A stretch of 63,605 nucleotides of DNA, the filler included, from Octopus bimaculoides (taxonomy: Eukaryota): NCBI RefSeq assembly GCF_001194135.2. It is 4 parts of 4 records of this genome, joined end to end, with 100 filler letters (N's around TTAATTAATTAA, not from the genome) between each part and the next. Parts side by side here need not be neighbours in the genome. Positions count along the whole stretch, not along the records: positions 1 to 15,557 come from NC_068984.1; 3 more parts are not named here. One strand, given 5' to 3'. Under the pieces are notes generated by a model. It was not told the origin of the DNA, searched no databases, and was given only the letters and a program-made list of their open reading frames with translations. The translations under genes and the position numbers were made by a program. Positions 1-11,149 of this stretch are shown piece after piece (the stretch's first letter is position 1; the number at the start of each line of letters is the position of its first letter).

Positions 1-1306
1 AAAAACCACCCACAAGATGTGGTACAAACACACACAAAGAAAATTCAAAGAAATGAAATGTACACTTGTGAAATACATGCATGCAATGTATAAATGAAAT
101 GACAACCGTGATGACAACTGTCCAGGAAACTGGAATCACGCGATGTAAAAGTCTTGAGTGTTTGTTTTCCTTGAAAGGAAAGAAAATGTATGAGTGCACA
201 AGTGTGTGTGTGAGAGAAAAAACACAGAACAAGTGAAAGTGTCTGTAGTATAGACTGCGAAAAATCCCAAAACACCGAGATAGAGTACATTGATGAAGAC
301 GTCGGCGCAGAAACTGCTATAGCTGTGTTCTGTATGTGTGGTGGTAACGATGTTGACAGTGGTAGTGATTCAGTTGAAACTTGGCGACGTCGCGGGGAAA
401 GCTTGTAATTGATGGTAGTAATTGTTGTCGTCACGGTGGTAATCTTGGTTGGCGCACGACGCTGGTGGCGAAAAGGCTGTTTGGTGATGAGTATTTGAAG
501 AGGTATGCTTTTACAGAACGATCGACAGACAAATCTCTGTACGACCATTAGCGAAAACCTCGAAGAAAAATTTTCTTAACCCAAGATGAAAGNNNNNNNN
601 NNTAGGTGGTAAACATATAAACACATCTTTACTGTCCATGTTCATGGTCGGCCGACCGTAAAAGAGCTAGCTGTCTAGTGTAGAGAGACAGCTTAAACAC
701 ACGTCCATGCTCAATCGCTGGCCAGCATGAAAGAGAATGAATTGAGCGGGAAACGCTTGCTTGTTTAATTCTACACATGCGCAGGCGTTACTACAAGACT
801 ATTGATTATTGTAGAGAGGTTCAACTTTCGATACTCCTAATTTAACAGCATTTCCGTAGTTACTGATAGGCACATGTTCATTCCTTTACTTATATTTCCC
901 TATCCAAGATGATTTCTTTTCAGGAGTTTGCATAGCTTCTCTCTCTCTCTCTCTCTTTCCATCACCCAGTCTTTTCCCTGTTTCTCTCTTTTTCTCTCTA
1001 TTACTTATTTCTAAATATGTAGACACTCTCTCTCTCCCTCTTCTCTTTCTCTCTTCCTCTCCCTGTTTCTTCTCTCTAAAGATATAGACACTCCTTCTCT
1101 CTTTCTCTATCTCTTTACTTTACTCCATCACACCATCTTCCTTCTCTCAGACCCTCAATCTCTCTTTTCCTCTTTTCTCTCGCACAGAAGCCAGACAGCT
1201 GCTCTGGCAATGATCACGCTCGGACGGTGCTGTTAGCACTCCACTGGCACGGGTGCTAGTCATCGAAATATAGTGTATATATATATGTATACATACATAC
1301 ATACAT

Positions 1307-1387
<81 letters not shown>

Positions 1388-2035
1388 NNNNNNNNNNNNN
1401 NNNNNNNNNNNNNNNNNNNNNNNNNNNNNNNNNNNNNNNNNNNNNNNNNNNNNNNNNNNNNNNNNNNNNNNNNNNNNNNNNNNNNNNNNNNNNNNNNNNN
1501 NNNNNNNNNNNNNNNNNNNNNNNNNNNNNNNNNNNNNNNNNNNNNNNNNNNNNNNNNNNNNNNNNNNNNNNNNNNNNNNNNNNNNNNNNNNNNNNNNNNN
1601 NNNNNNNNNNNNNNNNNNNNNNNNNNNNNNNNNNNNNNNNNNNNNNNNNNNNNNNNNNNNNNNNNNNNNNNNNNNNNNNNNNNNNNNNNNNNNNNNNNNN
1701 NNNNNNNNNNNNNNNNNNNNNNNNNNNNNNNNNNNNNNNNNNNNNNNNNNNNNNNNNNNNNNNNNNNNNNNNNNNNNNNNNNNNNNNNNNNNNNNNNNNN
1801 NNNNNNNNNNNNNNNNNNNNNNNNNNNNNNNNNNNNNNNNNNNNNNNNNNNNNNNNNNNNNNNNNNNNNNNNNNNNNNNNNNNNNNNNNNNNNNNNNNNN
1901 NNNNNNNNNNNNNNNNNNNNNNNNNNNNNNNNNNNNNNNNNNNNNNNNNNNNNNNNNNNNNNNNNNNNNNNNNNNNNNNNNNNNNNNNNNNNNNNNNNNN
2001 NNNNNNNNNNNNNNNNNNNNNNNNNNNNATATATA

Positions 2036-2301
2036 TGTTGTGTGATGGAGGAAAAAGACAACAGAAAAAGAAGCAAAAGGAAGAAAGAAATACAGAGATC
2101 GGATCTTACCTGTTGACCGAGGCGGGATGAGCGATCACTGTCATGAAAAAACATGTCCTTCCACACTAGCTGTCTCTCATCGAACTGCCCCACGTGCTTT
2201 CTGCCTGCGCATGCCCCCATGGCTCTACCACCGGTCCCTGCAGTCTTCACTTTTGTTTACCTCATCAGCAATCCTCTTCATCAACATAACAAACACCCCC
2301 A
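2036..2301 (-). repeat. 3' LTR of the Gypsy element
   Basis: Ends ...CCATCACACAACA on the minus strand. 2038-2127 recurs at 4778-4859 and about 2139-2301 recurs at about 5198-5384. Confidence 0.75.
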
Positions 2302-2403
2302 CCCCACTGTTCTACAGGGGCCTGAGTTCCTGTTATGCTGCTGCTGGCTTCATCATCTTGCCTACTGCTGCTGTCTTCATCTTCTTGCCTACTGTTATTG
2401 TCT

Positions 2404-4157
2404 TCATCTTCTTGCCCACTGCTGTTGATTCCATCCTCTGAGGCATTGACAATCTTCCGCACGTCCAAAACATGGCGTGGCATACCATCGACAGAGATGT
2501 TCTTCGAATTGATGGAGGTTATTGTTCCCTTTCCCCATCGTGATGTACACCTGCATGAAGGCATGCTCTTCCTCTCCCCTGTGTCGCATTGATGCAGTAC
2601 ATGGATGCCTCCACTCATATCTGAATATTGCTCTGTGTGTCACCAACTCCTCAGCCTGTCCTGACCTGGACGACATATTGTACCAAAATACGGCCACAAT
2701 TGGTGAAATGTGGCCCCTCTCTGCCATGGTCTTTATGGTACGATGATGCCTTTCCACCACCCCATTTCCACTTGGCCGCCCTGAAGAAGCAGCTGACCTC
2801 CCACCCATCAAGCATTTCTTTCAGCACCTCCGAGCGAAATGCAGTGCCATTATCCAGAAGCAGCTCATCCATGGGGCCTCGTTCCAGGAATGTCTCATTT
2901 AGTACTCTCACAATTTCTTCTGTGGTCCCTGTCTTCATCTTCTTCCATATGGCCAGCCACCCCGGTTCGCAGTCAACCATTGAGAGGTATGTCTCCTGCC
3001 GGTAGTGTGTTATGTCCACTGCCAGTCATTTCCAGTTGTGGTCCACTGGAATACTTCCCACCTCATGTACGCCCGGAGCAGGGTCGATGGACTGGCACCT
3101 GTAACAGCTGCTAACCACTCTCTGCATGCTCTGTCTTGTTCCATCGGAGTCGACTTTCCTGGCTAGGAACAACGTCCTGTCCACCCTCATGTGATGCATG
3201 GTATGCAATCTCCTCAACTCCGAGTCACTCAGATGGCATACTGCAGCCACAGCCGGCTCCGCATCCTCTGGCACCTGCAACCAGGTTCGCTTTACCCTGG
3301 TCAGACATCTGCTCTGTTCTTCTCAGAAAGCACAAAGATCACACTCAGTTTCAGGTCGAACTCAACGGTTAGTTCACGCAGTATCCCCAATTGACGCTTT
3401 ACCAACATCTCTGTGGCCCCTTTGGTTTGCACCCTCTGCTCATTGGTGATGACTGCCGTCACCCAACCAAGTACAGTGGCCAAATCAGTCCTAATTTCTA
3501 TGGTGCGCAGGCCCCACTTCAAGGCTAGGTTCACTCCCTTCAACGCGGCATCCAGCTCACACCATACGATCCCGCTCTTTGATTTGGGAACATACCAACT
3601 GCCCCTCTCTGGATCCTCTGCTCTCACTCTGACCAAGACTTNNNNNNNNNNAAGGCTAGGTTCACTCCCTTCAACGCGGCATCCAGCTCACACCATACGA
3701 TCCCGCTCTTTGATTTGGGAACATACCAACTGCCCCTCTCTGGATCCTCTGCTCTCACTCTGACCAAGACTTCCTGCATCATGTCGGTTGTCTTCTCCCC
3801 CACTTTATCGTTCCACTTCACTCCTTCTGTTCATCTCTTGATGAAGCTACATGCTGTCCGGAGCCATCCTGCAATAGGGTAGTGTCCCACCAGATTCCCA
3901 CACACCAAGAACAGTTCCTGTCTACTCATGCTGGTTCCCAGTTCGGGGATCTTGTTCCCTCACTGGAACACCAACATGCCAGCCTTGTCTCTCCATAGCT
4001 TGAGGCCCAGTGCAGCACCTCCCCCCATCACCTCTGGTGGCTTGGCGATCAGTCCAAAACTCTTCAGGTGGCCTATGACCTCCGTTGCTAGCATTACGGT
4101 TTCATCCAGCAGGATGTCATCGATATACGAATTGGTGGCCCTTTTTACTCTGTCCAC
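2404..4157 (-). pseudogene. pol: Gypsy pol remnant (RT C-terminus, RNase H, integrase), frameshifted
   Basis: RT motif SYIDDILL (3960-4157). RNase H-like CELDAALKGVNLALKWG...IRTDLATVLGWV (3301-3636). Integrase zinc finger H..HH..DRTLFLARK..C..CQSIDP (3026-3280). Integrase core DITHY/MVDC/LLDNGTAFRS (2651-3019) and GNGVVERHHRTIK (2404-2811). 3652-3770 duplicates 3523-3641 across a 10-N gap. Confidence 0.9.
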
Positions 4158-4174
4158 CTTAAGATAGTGTCCAC

Positions 4175-4777
4175 CTTAAGATAGTGTCCACTTTATCGGT
4201 TGGCTATGAACATATTGATTTGAAGGAATGCAAAGCATGCAACATCATTGCGTGTAACTTGTTGAAGATATCCACCGATTGTGTTTCAGAGTTTGCGGTT
4301 ACTTTAGTGTTGGCAGTTAGTAGACGCATTGAAGAAGGTATTGCCGCTGTTTGAAATGACAACTGGGGCCTCTGGAAACCAATGTGGATTTTGGGATCTA
4401 GTTTTGCAAACTGTACCATAGGAATTCTTGGTATAGGCAGAATTGGATATGGTGTGGCTTGGCATATGAAAGCTTTTTGTATTTCTCGTTTAGTCTGCCA
4501 TGATATCAAAGAGTCATCATTTGCCCAAGAACTTGGAGCAGAATTTGTTGATCTGGAAACCTTACTGAAAGATTTGGATGTCATCTGTATTTGCTGTAAC
4601 CTGACACATCACCAGCAACGTATCATCTCTTCAGCAAGGAGAACTTCAAGAAGATGAAGAATAGAGCAATTCTTATCAATACTAGTTGTGGTGGTGTCAT
4701 CAATCATGCACTAAAAAGTCATGAAATTGGTGCTGCCAGACTTGATGTCACTGAACCTGAACCACTGCCGAAATTGC
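4175..4777 (+). pseudogene. GRHPR: Intronless glyoxylate reductase/hydroxypyruvate reductase-like (D-2-hydroxyacid dehydrogenase family) processed pseudogene fragment
   Basis: Translates LKIVSTLSVGYEHIDL...DCVSEFAVTLVLAVSRRIEEG..*..WGLWKPMWILG...TIGILGIGRIG (Rossmann GxGxxG)...LDVICICCNLT, then after a frameshift PATYHLFSKENFKKMKNRAILINTSCGGVINH..ALKSHEIGAARLDVTEPEPLP. In-frame TGA at 4352-4354, frameshift near 4610, no introns. Confidence 0.88.
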
Positions 4778-5384
4778 TTGTATGATGGGGGGAAAAGACA
4801 ACAGAAAAAGAAGCAAAAGGGAGAAAGAAATACAGAGACCTCACCTGTTGACCGAGACGGTGATGACTGCCGTCACCCAACCAAGTACAGTGGCCAAATC
4901 AGTCCTAATTTCTATGGTGCGCAGGCCCCACTTCAAGGCTAGGTTCACTCCCTTCAACGCGGCATCCAGCTCACACCATACGATCCTGCTCTTTGATTTG
5001 GGAACATACCAACTGCCCCTCTCTGGATCCTCTGCTCTCACTCTGACCAAGACTTCCTGCATCATGTCGGTTGTCTTCTCCCCCACTTTATCGTTCCACT
5101 TCACTCCTTCTGTTCATCTCTTGATGAAGCTACATGCTGTCCGGAGCCATCCTGCAATAGGACTACCCCACGTGCTTTCTGCCCATGCATGCCCCTGTCA
5201 AGAAAAAACATGTCCTTCCACAATAGCTGTCTCTCATCGAACTACCCCACGTGCTTTCTGCCCATGCATGCCCCTGTGACTCTACTGCCATCCCCTGCAG
5301 TCTTTGCTTCCGTTTACCTCATCTGCAATCCTCTCCACCAATACAGCATAGCTCATCACAGCCCATAACACTACAAACACCACA
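4778..5384 (-). repeat. 5' LTR of the Gypsy element, interrupted by a second copy of the RNase H region (4860-5160)
   Basis: LTR halves match the left LTR. 4860-5160 repeats 3447-3878 minus the gap-associated duplication. About 37 bp duplicated at 5162-5198 and 5241-5277. Confidence 0.75.
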
Positions 5385-5889
5385 ATATATGTATATGTAG
5401 ACACACATTCTCTCTCAGCCCCTCAATCTCCCCAAATATTGTGTACATATATATATATATATATAGACACACTCTTTCTCTCTCCAACACACAAGCTTTC
5501 TTCCCCCCAGCCCCTCAATCGCTGTTATAGACACACACTTCCTCTCTCTTTCTCTCACTTTCTCTCTCTCTTTTTTTCTTCTCATTTCTCTTAAACAGTT
5601 TTTCTTCTCTCAACCTTTCAACCTCTATTATAAGCACATATTCCCTCTCTCTTTCTCTCTGTCTCTTCACTTCTCTCCGTCATGCTGTCTTTCTTCTCTC
5701 AACCTCTCAATCTTCCTAAATATATAGACATATACACACATACACACTTTCTCTCTCTCTCTTTGTTCCTCTCTTCTCTCAGCCTTTCAATCTCTCTAAA
5801 TATATAGACACACTCTCTTTCTCACACACTTTCTCTATTTCTTCACCACCCTCCATCACACCGTTATATAATAAATAAATAATCCATAA

Positions 5890-8800
5890 AAATGTCTAGA
5901 AACTGGAGGAGGATGGAATTGGTATTGTATTTGAGAGCTTGGCAGTGTGCTGAAGGAGATAACCCAAACAATATCATCACAGCTGCACTGAAGAGTAATG
6001 GCTACTCAAGAACTTTAGCACAGATAGAGCAAAAGAAGCAGGAGTTTATACGCTCCTACGCTCTCATACGATCCTACATCAGCACTCTTGATACTATCTT
6101 TGATAATGAGCACAGCAAAAATGACAGGGATGGAGGCACAGATGTAGATGAAAGATGTCCCCCCCCCCACTTGGTAGACACTCAAGGAAACAAAGAAGAA
6201 GGTTTAAGCGAGAAACCTGCCAGAAAAATAAACCCAAGTGCAAGTGCACCTACCACCATCAGAGTGAAAAATCATGGAGGTGACAGAGCCAAGAAAAAAC
6301 AACTGAAAGGAGCAAAAACAAAAGATGAAACAACCAAAGAAAGAAGCAAATCTAACTGCCCATACAACAAAAAGAATAAAAAGAGACAGCACACACGAAT
6401 GTGCAAATTTTACTTCAAAGGTGCCTGCTAGCATGGATAGGGAGGTGCAAGCTGCTGTTTTTCACATCAAAGACCCTACCACACCAACATGAAACAGGGT
6501 GGAAACCACCTGCTAAAAGGAAAGGGCCACGCACTACCTGCCCCAAAACGGAAATATGCAGATGTAGTGCGTGCTACAAACCAGTCCTATCAATATGTTG
6601 TTGAAAGGACAGCTACTGAATAACACTATTTTGTGCATGGCACAAAAGATTGTACAGCAACTGACCTGGCTATATCAATCTCACAGATGGGACTATCCCC
6701 AATATAGAAGACCACCACAGTAAATGGACCCAAGGTGGACATCACTGGCAACCACACAGACGACACATCAGTGCTCTTACTGAACATCAGAGGACTGTTA
6801 ACACTTAGTAACAGGACAAAAATTCTTTTCCTGAGAGACCTTGTTCCATGCAATCAAGCCTTACGGAAACACACCTGAAACCAGATATAGCAAATGTAGA
6901 AATACACATACCACAGTATATTGTATTACGGACCAACAGGTCCTTTTGTCACACTCAAATTCAGTATGTGACACACTAATTGTACATACAAGACAACTCA
7001 ATGTACTACATATCACCTTCCAGATACTCCAAAGCATGCAGACAAGTTTGAAGACTGCCTTACAAAAATAGAAGTTCTAGTTACATTACAACAACACATA
7101 AGTGTACTTTTTATGGGAGACTTCAATCTGCCCAATATTGGATGGCCTGAGGGCCTTTCTCTCCCAGGAAAGGCATGATGCAAACAAGGACAGGTGAAGT
7201 CCCTTCTGAACCTCAGGAACACCTTGTACATGGAACAAATAGTACTCCAACCAACCAGGGTAGGTAACATACTGGATCTCTGCTTCACAAATCATATGGA
7301 TCTCATCCATAATGTGAAAGTGACACCAACGCTACTATTGGATCACATCATGGTAGAGCTGACCATGTACAGACCAAAAAAAAACATGGACATGAAGCCT
7401 ACAAAATACTCTCAAAATCTTTGCAGCTTGAACTTCCATAAGGCAAACTGGAAACAAATTGAGAAAGATGTCCTCAAACAAAACTGGCCTAAATGTCTCT
7501 CTTCACCAGACATTGACATGAAACTTCAACAATTCATGTCTGGAATACAAGCCATATGCTACAAATGTGTTCCAGAGAGAAAGGCCACTGTACACAAGAA
7601 CAAAATTCCCAGGGAGAGGAAAATTCTTATGAGAGGGTGTGAAAAAATTTCAAATCACCTAAACAAACAAATTGAAAGCAGTGAAAAGTCCCACATGAAA
7701 ATGCAACTGCTGGAGATTGAAAAAAATCTGCAACTCTCCCTTGAAAAAGAAAGAGCAGACAAAAAAAGCCTGGGCTATAGACAATATAAAACTAACCTCA
7801 GAGCCTTCTACAAGTTTTCCAAAGAAACAGCCTCAGTGCACTGCAGGGTAGGGCCACTCCTCGAAAAAGATGGTTCACTCACAGGAAACCCAATGAGTGT
7901 AAGTGAAATACTAAATGAGTAATTCAAAAGTGTTTTCACTCCACCCCTAGGACACTTGCAAGTCAGCAATCCAGCTGACTTTTTTTACCACTGCAGATAT
8001 AAAAACAGAGGCAGTGATGATTGATTACATCAATATAATAGGACGAAATAAGGGCTATAGATGAAATGAGCCCAAACTCAGCTACTGGCCCTGATGGATT
8101 CCCAGCAACCCTTCTAAAAACATGTGAGTGCTAGCAAGACCACTGCAGTCCCTCTTTCAGAGATCCCTTGCAACTGGCAAACTTCCAAGTTGAAGGAGGG
8201 TAAAATATTGCCCTATTTATAAAGAAGGTAGCAAAGCAGAGGCCAAAAGCTGCAGACCCATTTCCCTGACCTCGTACATCAGCAAAGTCATGGAACGAAT
8301 AGTCAGAAGAAAACTAATCACCTTCCTTAAGGAAAATGACTTGCTGACTGACACCCAACATGGTTCCCAACCAGGAAAAAGTTGCCTGACTCGCCTCTTA
8401 CAACACTATATCTCGACTTCGCAAAGACCTTCGATAAAGTCGATCATGGAATGATATGTCACAAACTGCCTGATCTCGACATAGTCGGGAAATTGGGAGA
8501 ATGGCTGCATGACTTTCTGAAAGATAGAAGTCAGGTGGTAGTAGCCAATGGGGCTACCTCCAACGACACGCAAATAGTGAGCGATGTTCCGCAAGGCACT
8601 GTTTTGGGACCACTATTGTTCATAATGGCCCTCTCAGACATGCCCTCAGCCACACAGAGAGCCACGATCACAAATTATGTAGATGATACAAAAGTCTCAC
8701 AGGTGATACAGAACCCTGAAGACACTATGCACCTGCAATGTGAGCTAGATTAAATATACAAGTGGGCTGAAAAGAATAGCATGCAGTTCAATGCTGAAAC

Positions 8801-9660
8801 GTTTCAAGCCTTGTGCTATCAGCATGTAAAACTAAATGCAATACCAATTAAATACACTGGACATGGAGGGATTGCAATCCCAGAGACACAGTCTGTGTGA
8901 GACCGGGGCATTTACATGAGTAATGATGCATCCTTCCATGTACATGTTGCTAAGTTGGCAATGAAATGCAGGCAACTGACCAGATGGATTCTTAGACCTT
9001 TTAGAACAAGAGATCAGGAAACCATGATGGTCCTCTGGAGGACACTTGTCCTAAGCCACTTTAACTATTGCTCCCAGCTATGGTTACCAACCAGCATCAA
9101 ATTAATTGCAGAACTTGAGGCAATCCAACAAAGCTACATGAAGAAGATAGCCTCTATGAAGCATATAAGCTCCTGGGAAAGACCCAAGAGATTAAGTCTC
9201 TGTTCCTTAGAGTGTAGGTGAGAAAGATATGCCATAATATACATCTGGAAGATGCTGGAGGGACTTGTCCCAAACTTAGACATCAAGAATTACACTAATA
9301 CTAGAACAAGGCACCACTTCATAGTGCCAAGGACTCCAAATTTGCCATCAAGATATAGGACAGGATACTACAAGAGCCTGGGCTTTACAGCTCTTCAATA
9401 TCCTCCCGAAGGACCTGAGAGACCTGCATGGGGTGGATGTAGGTGTTTTCAAAACAAAACTGGACTTCTTATTGTCAAGTGTCCCAGATGAATCAACTTC
9501 ACAGCAGGAAGTGCAGATGAGGGCAGCAGTTTCAAACTCCCTCATGCACCAAATGTCAATTTCTAAAAAGAATTAGTGAAGTAAAATTATGTAGCAACAC
9601 CAAATGGCGGTGCCCCAGCATGGTCACAGCTTATGAGCTGAAACTAGATCTAATCAAATC
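5890..9660 (+). mobile_element. CR1-like LINE, near full length, decayed (ORF1, APE endonuclease, RT)
   Basis: EN motifs LLNIRG, TETHL, MGDFNLPNI, GNILDLCFTN, LDH. RT motifs SATGPDGFP, RPISLTS, YLDFAKTFDKVDH, VPQGTVLGPLLF, YVDDTKV. CR1-type C-terminus LSHFNYCSQLW...SLECR*ERYAIIYIWKMLEGLVPN. Multiple stops and frameshifts. Confidence 0.9.
5892..6600 (+). pseudogene. LINE ORF1 remnant with CCCH-type zinc-finger region
   Basis: 179-aa ORF ending RMCKFYFKGAC*, reading on as HG*GGASCCFSH. Lys-rich linker. Directly upstream of the endonuclease. Confidence 0.6.
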
Positions 9661-9669
9661 ATATATATA

Positions 9670-10873
9670 TCTACTACATATGTGGAAAATCAGTGTGTGT
9701 TTGTTTGTGACATTGTTAGCTAACTACTCCTACATCGTTTTGCTGATTTTGATGAAACTTGACACGTGAGTAGAACTCATGTGTGGAAACTTCGTGACAT
9801 ACATAAATTGTTGAAAAAATCGATAATACGGCCCCTGGAAGGAACATTTATATCTACCTCATATAACCTATCTTTTTTAAACACCCAAGGGGAATAACCC
9901 ATAGCATCTGTACAATAATTTTTGCTAAACGCTCAAGGGAAATAACCCATTTTAATTGTTTATGTTCGATTGCTTCGAATATTGATTTTTTTGTGTGTCC
10001 TATTTCTAATTTTTGCAGACAATATCACTTTTATACTTTATTTGACACGTGAGTAGAACTCCTGTATTGAAACCTTGTGACATACTTAGATTGTTGAAAA
10101 AATCGATAACAGGGCCCTTCCAGTGGATCCTTCTATCTACTAAATATTACTAATATTTTATTTAAACAACCCAAGGGAAATAAGCTATACCACCTGCAGA
10201 TTTTAGCAAAGCAATCAACATTTGATTCTCACGATCAGCCAACCTAATTCTGCATTTCACTACTCACAGTTTTGAACTGCTAAACATTATTATTGCAATT
10301 CCTTAATTTGAATCTTAGACCTTAAATTTCATACATTCATACATTTCTATACATACCTGCATTTTAGAATGCCCATTACTCCGATAATTCTGCATTTTTA
10401 CAGTTACACTTTCTCCATGGCAGTAAAGTTTTTATTCCACAATGTATCTGTAGTGGCTTCATGCAGGTATAGCGTGGATTCGATCCTTGAATGCCAAATT
10501 TCAATTAACACTTCGACAGCGCTTTTCTCACTGTAAAACAATAGTTTTACTGTGAATGACAGCAGTTATACATTTCCCAGATGCCTTCGCTAAGCAGAAC
10601 AAAATCTTTGCCTCTCACCAACCTCCGCCTACCTCTCTCACCAACCTCCGCCAACCTCTCTCACCAACCTCTGACAATCTTTCTCGCCAACCTCCGAAAA
10701 CCTCTCTCGCCAACCTCCAACAATCTCTCCCTCCTCCAGCTGTTAGTTTTTTGTACTTTTTCACCACGGAAAATACACCTTTTGTGGTAATTATAACAAA
10801 ATTGCTTTCTTATATCAGAGTAAAAAGGCGTTTCATATCATTACCCCCGCGAATTACCAGGTACACCAGCTAG
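9670..10873 (+). mobile_element. Non-autonomous Helitron-like element
   Basis: 5' A|TCTACTACATA followed by GT-rich TGTGTGTTTGTTTG and CTGATTTTGATGAAACTTG. 3' GC-rich subterminal segment CCCCGCGAATTACCAGGTA then CTAG (10870-10873). Internal direct repeat about 9760-9900 / 10040-10190 and a CCTCTCTCRCCAACCT minisatellite at about 10610-10730. Confidence 0.6.
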
Positions 10874-10952
10874 CATATATATATATATATGCACACACAC
10901 ACACACACATATATATATACACACACACACATATATATATACATACATATAC

Positions 10953-10990
<38 letters not shown>

Positions 10991-10993
<3 letters not shown>

Positions 10994-11130
10994 AGAGTAA
11001 GTACATAAATGTGAAACAAGGTGGAAAAAGTAGTACTTGAATATTGAGAGTAATATGTTTTATTAATACAGCTGCAAAGACATCACAAAATCTGTTACTC
11101 AGAGTTTCACATTCCTGTTCGTTGGACAGT
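10991..11130 (-). mobile_element. Penelope-like/retrozyme-like remnant with degenerate hammerhead
   Basis: Minus strand 11129-11092 reads CTGT-CCAACGA-ACA GGAA TGT-GAAA-CTC T GAG-TA-ACAG, a three-stem hammerhead topology with two core substitutions. Confidence 0.45.
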
Positions 11131-11149
11131 TTTCATTGAGAATGGGTAT

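Larger units (their letters stand above)
2036..5384 (-). mobile_element. Ty3/Gypsy LTR retrotransposon, rearranged and non-autonomous, with captured host-gene copy
   Basis: Two related LTRs in the same orientation (2036-2301; 4778-5384), minus-strand termini TG...ACAACA on the left and TGTGGTG start at 5384. Purine-rich PPT-like AGAACAGTGGGG next to the left LTR. ATATA on both flanks (2031-2035, 5385-5389; low complexity). Internal RT-RNase H-integrase order. Confidence 0.85.

Noticed and set aside
45-548. 167-aa minus-strand ORF
   Set aside because: Ser/Thr-rich low-complexity translation with no recognisable domain. The sequence could be UTR or regulatory, but this cannot be supported from sequence alone.
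3523-3770. Tandem duplication in the RNase H region
   Set aside because: The copies flank a 10-N gap and are identical, typical of unmerged contig overlap. The same is seen at about 53625-53735 and about 60210-60395.
4382-4657. Functional dehydrogenase CDS
   Set aside because: It is only the segment between an upstream in-frame stop and a downstream frameshift, and it carries CpG-decay substitutions (e.g. AWHMK where ARRxK is typical).
10610-10730. CRISPR-like array
   Set aside because: It is a degenerate minisatellite with no unique spacers, in eukaryotic context with no cas genes.
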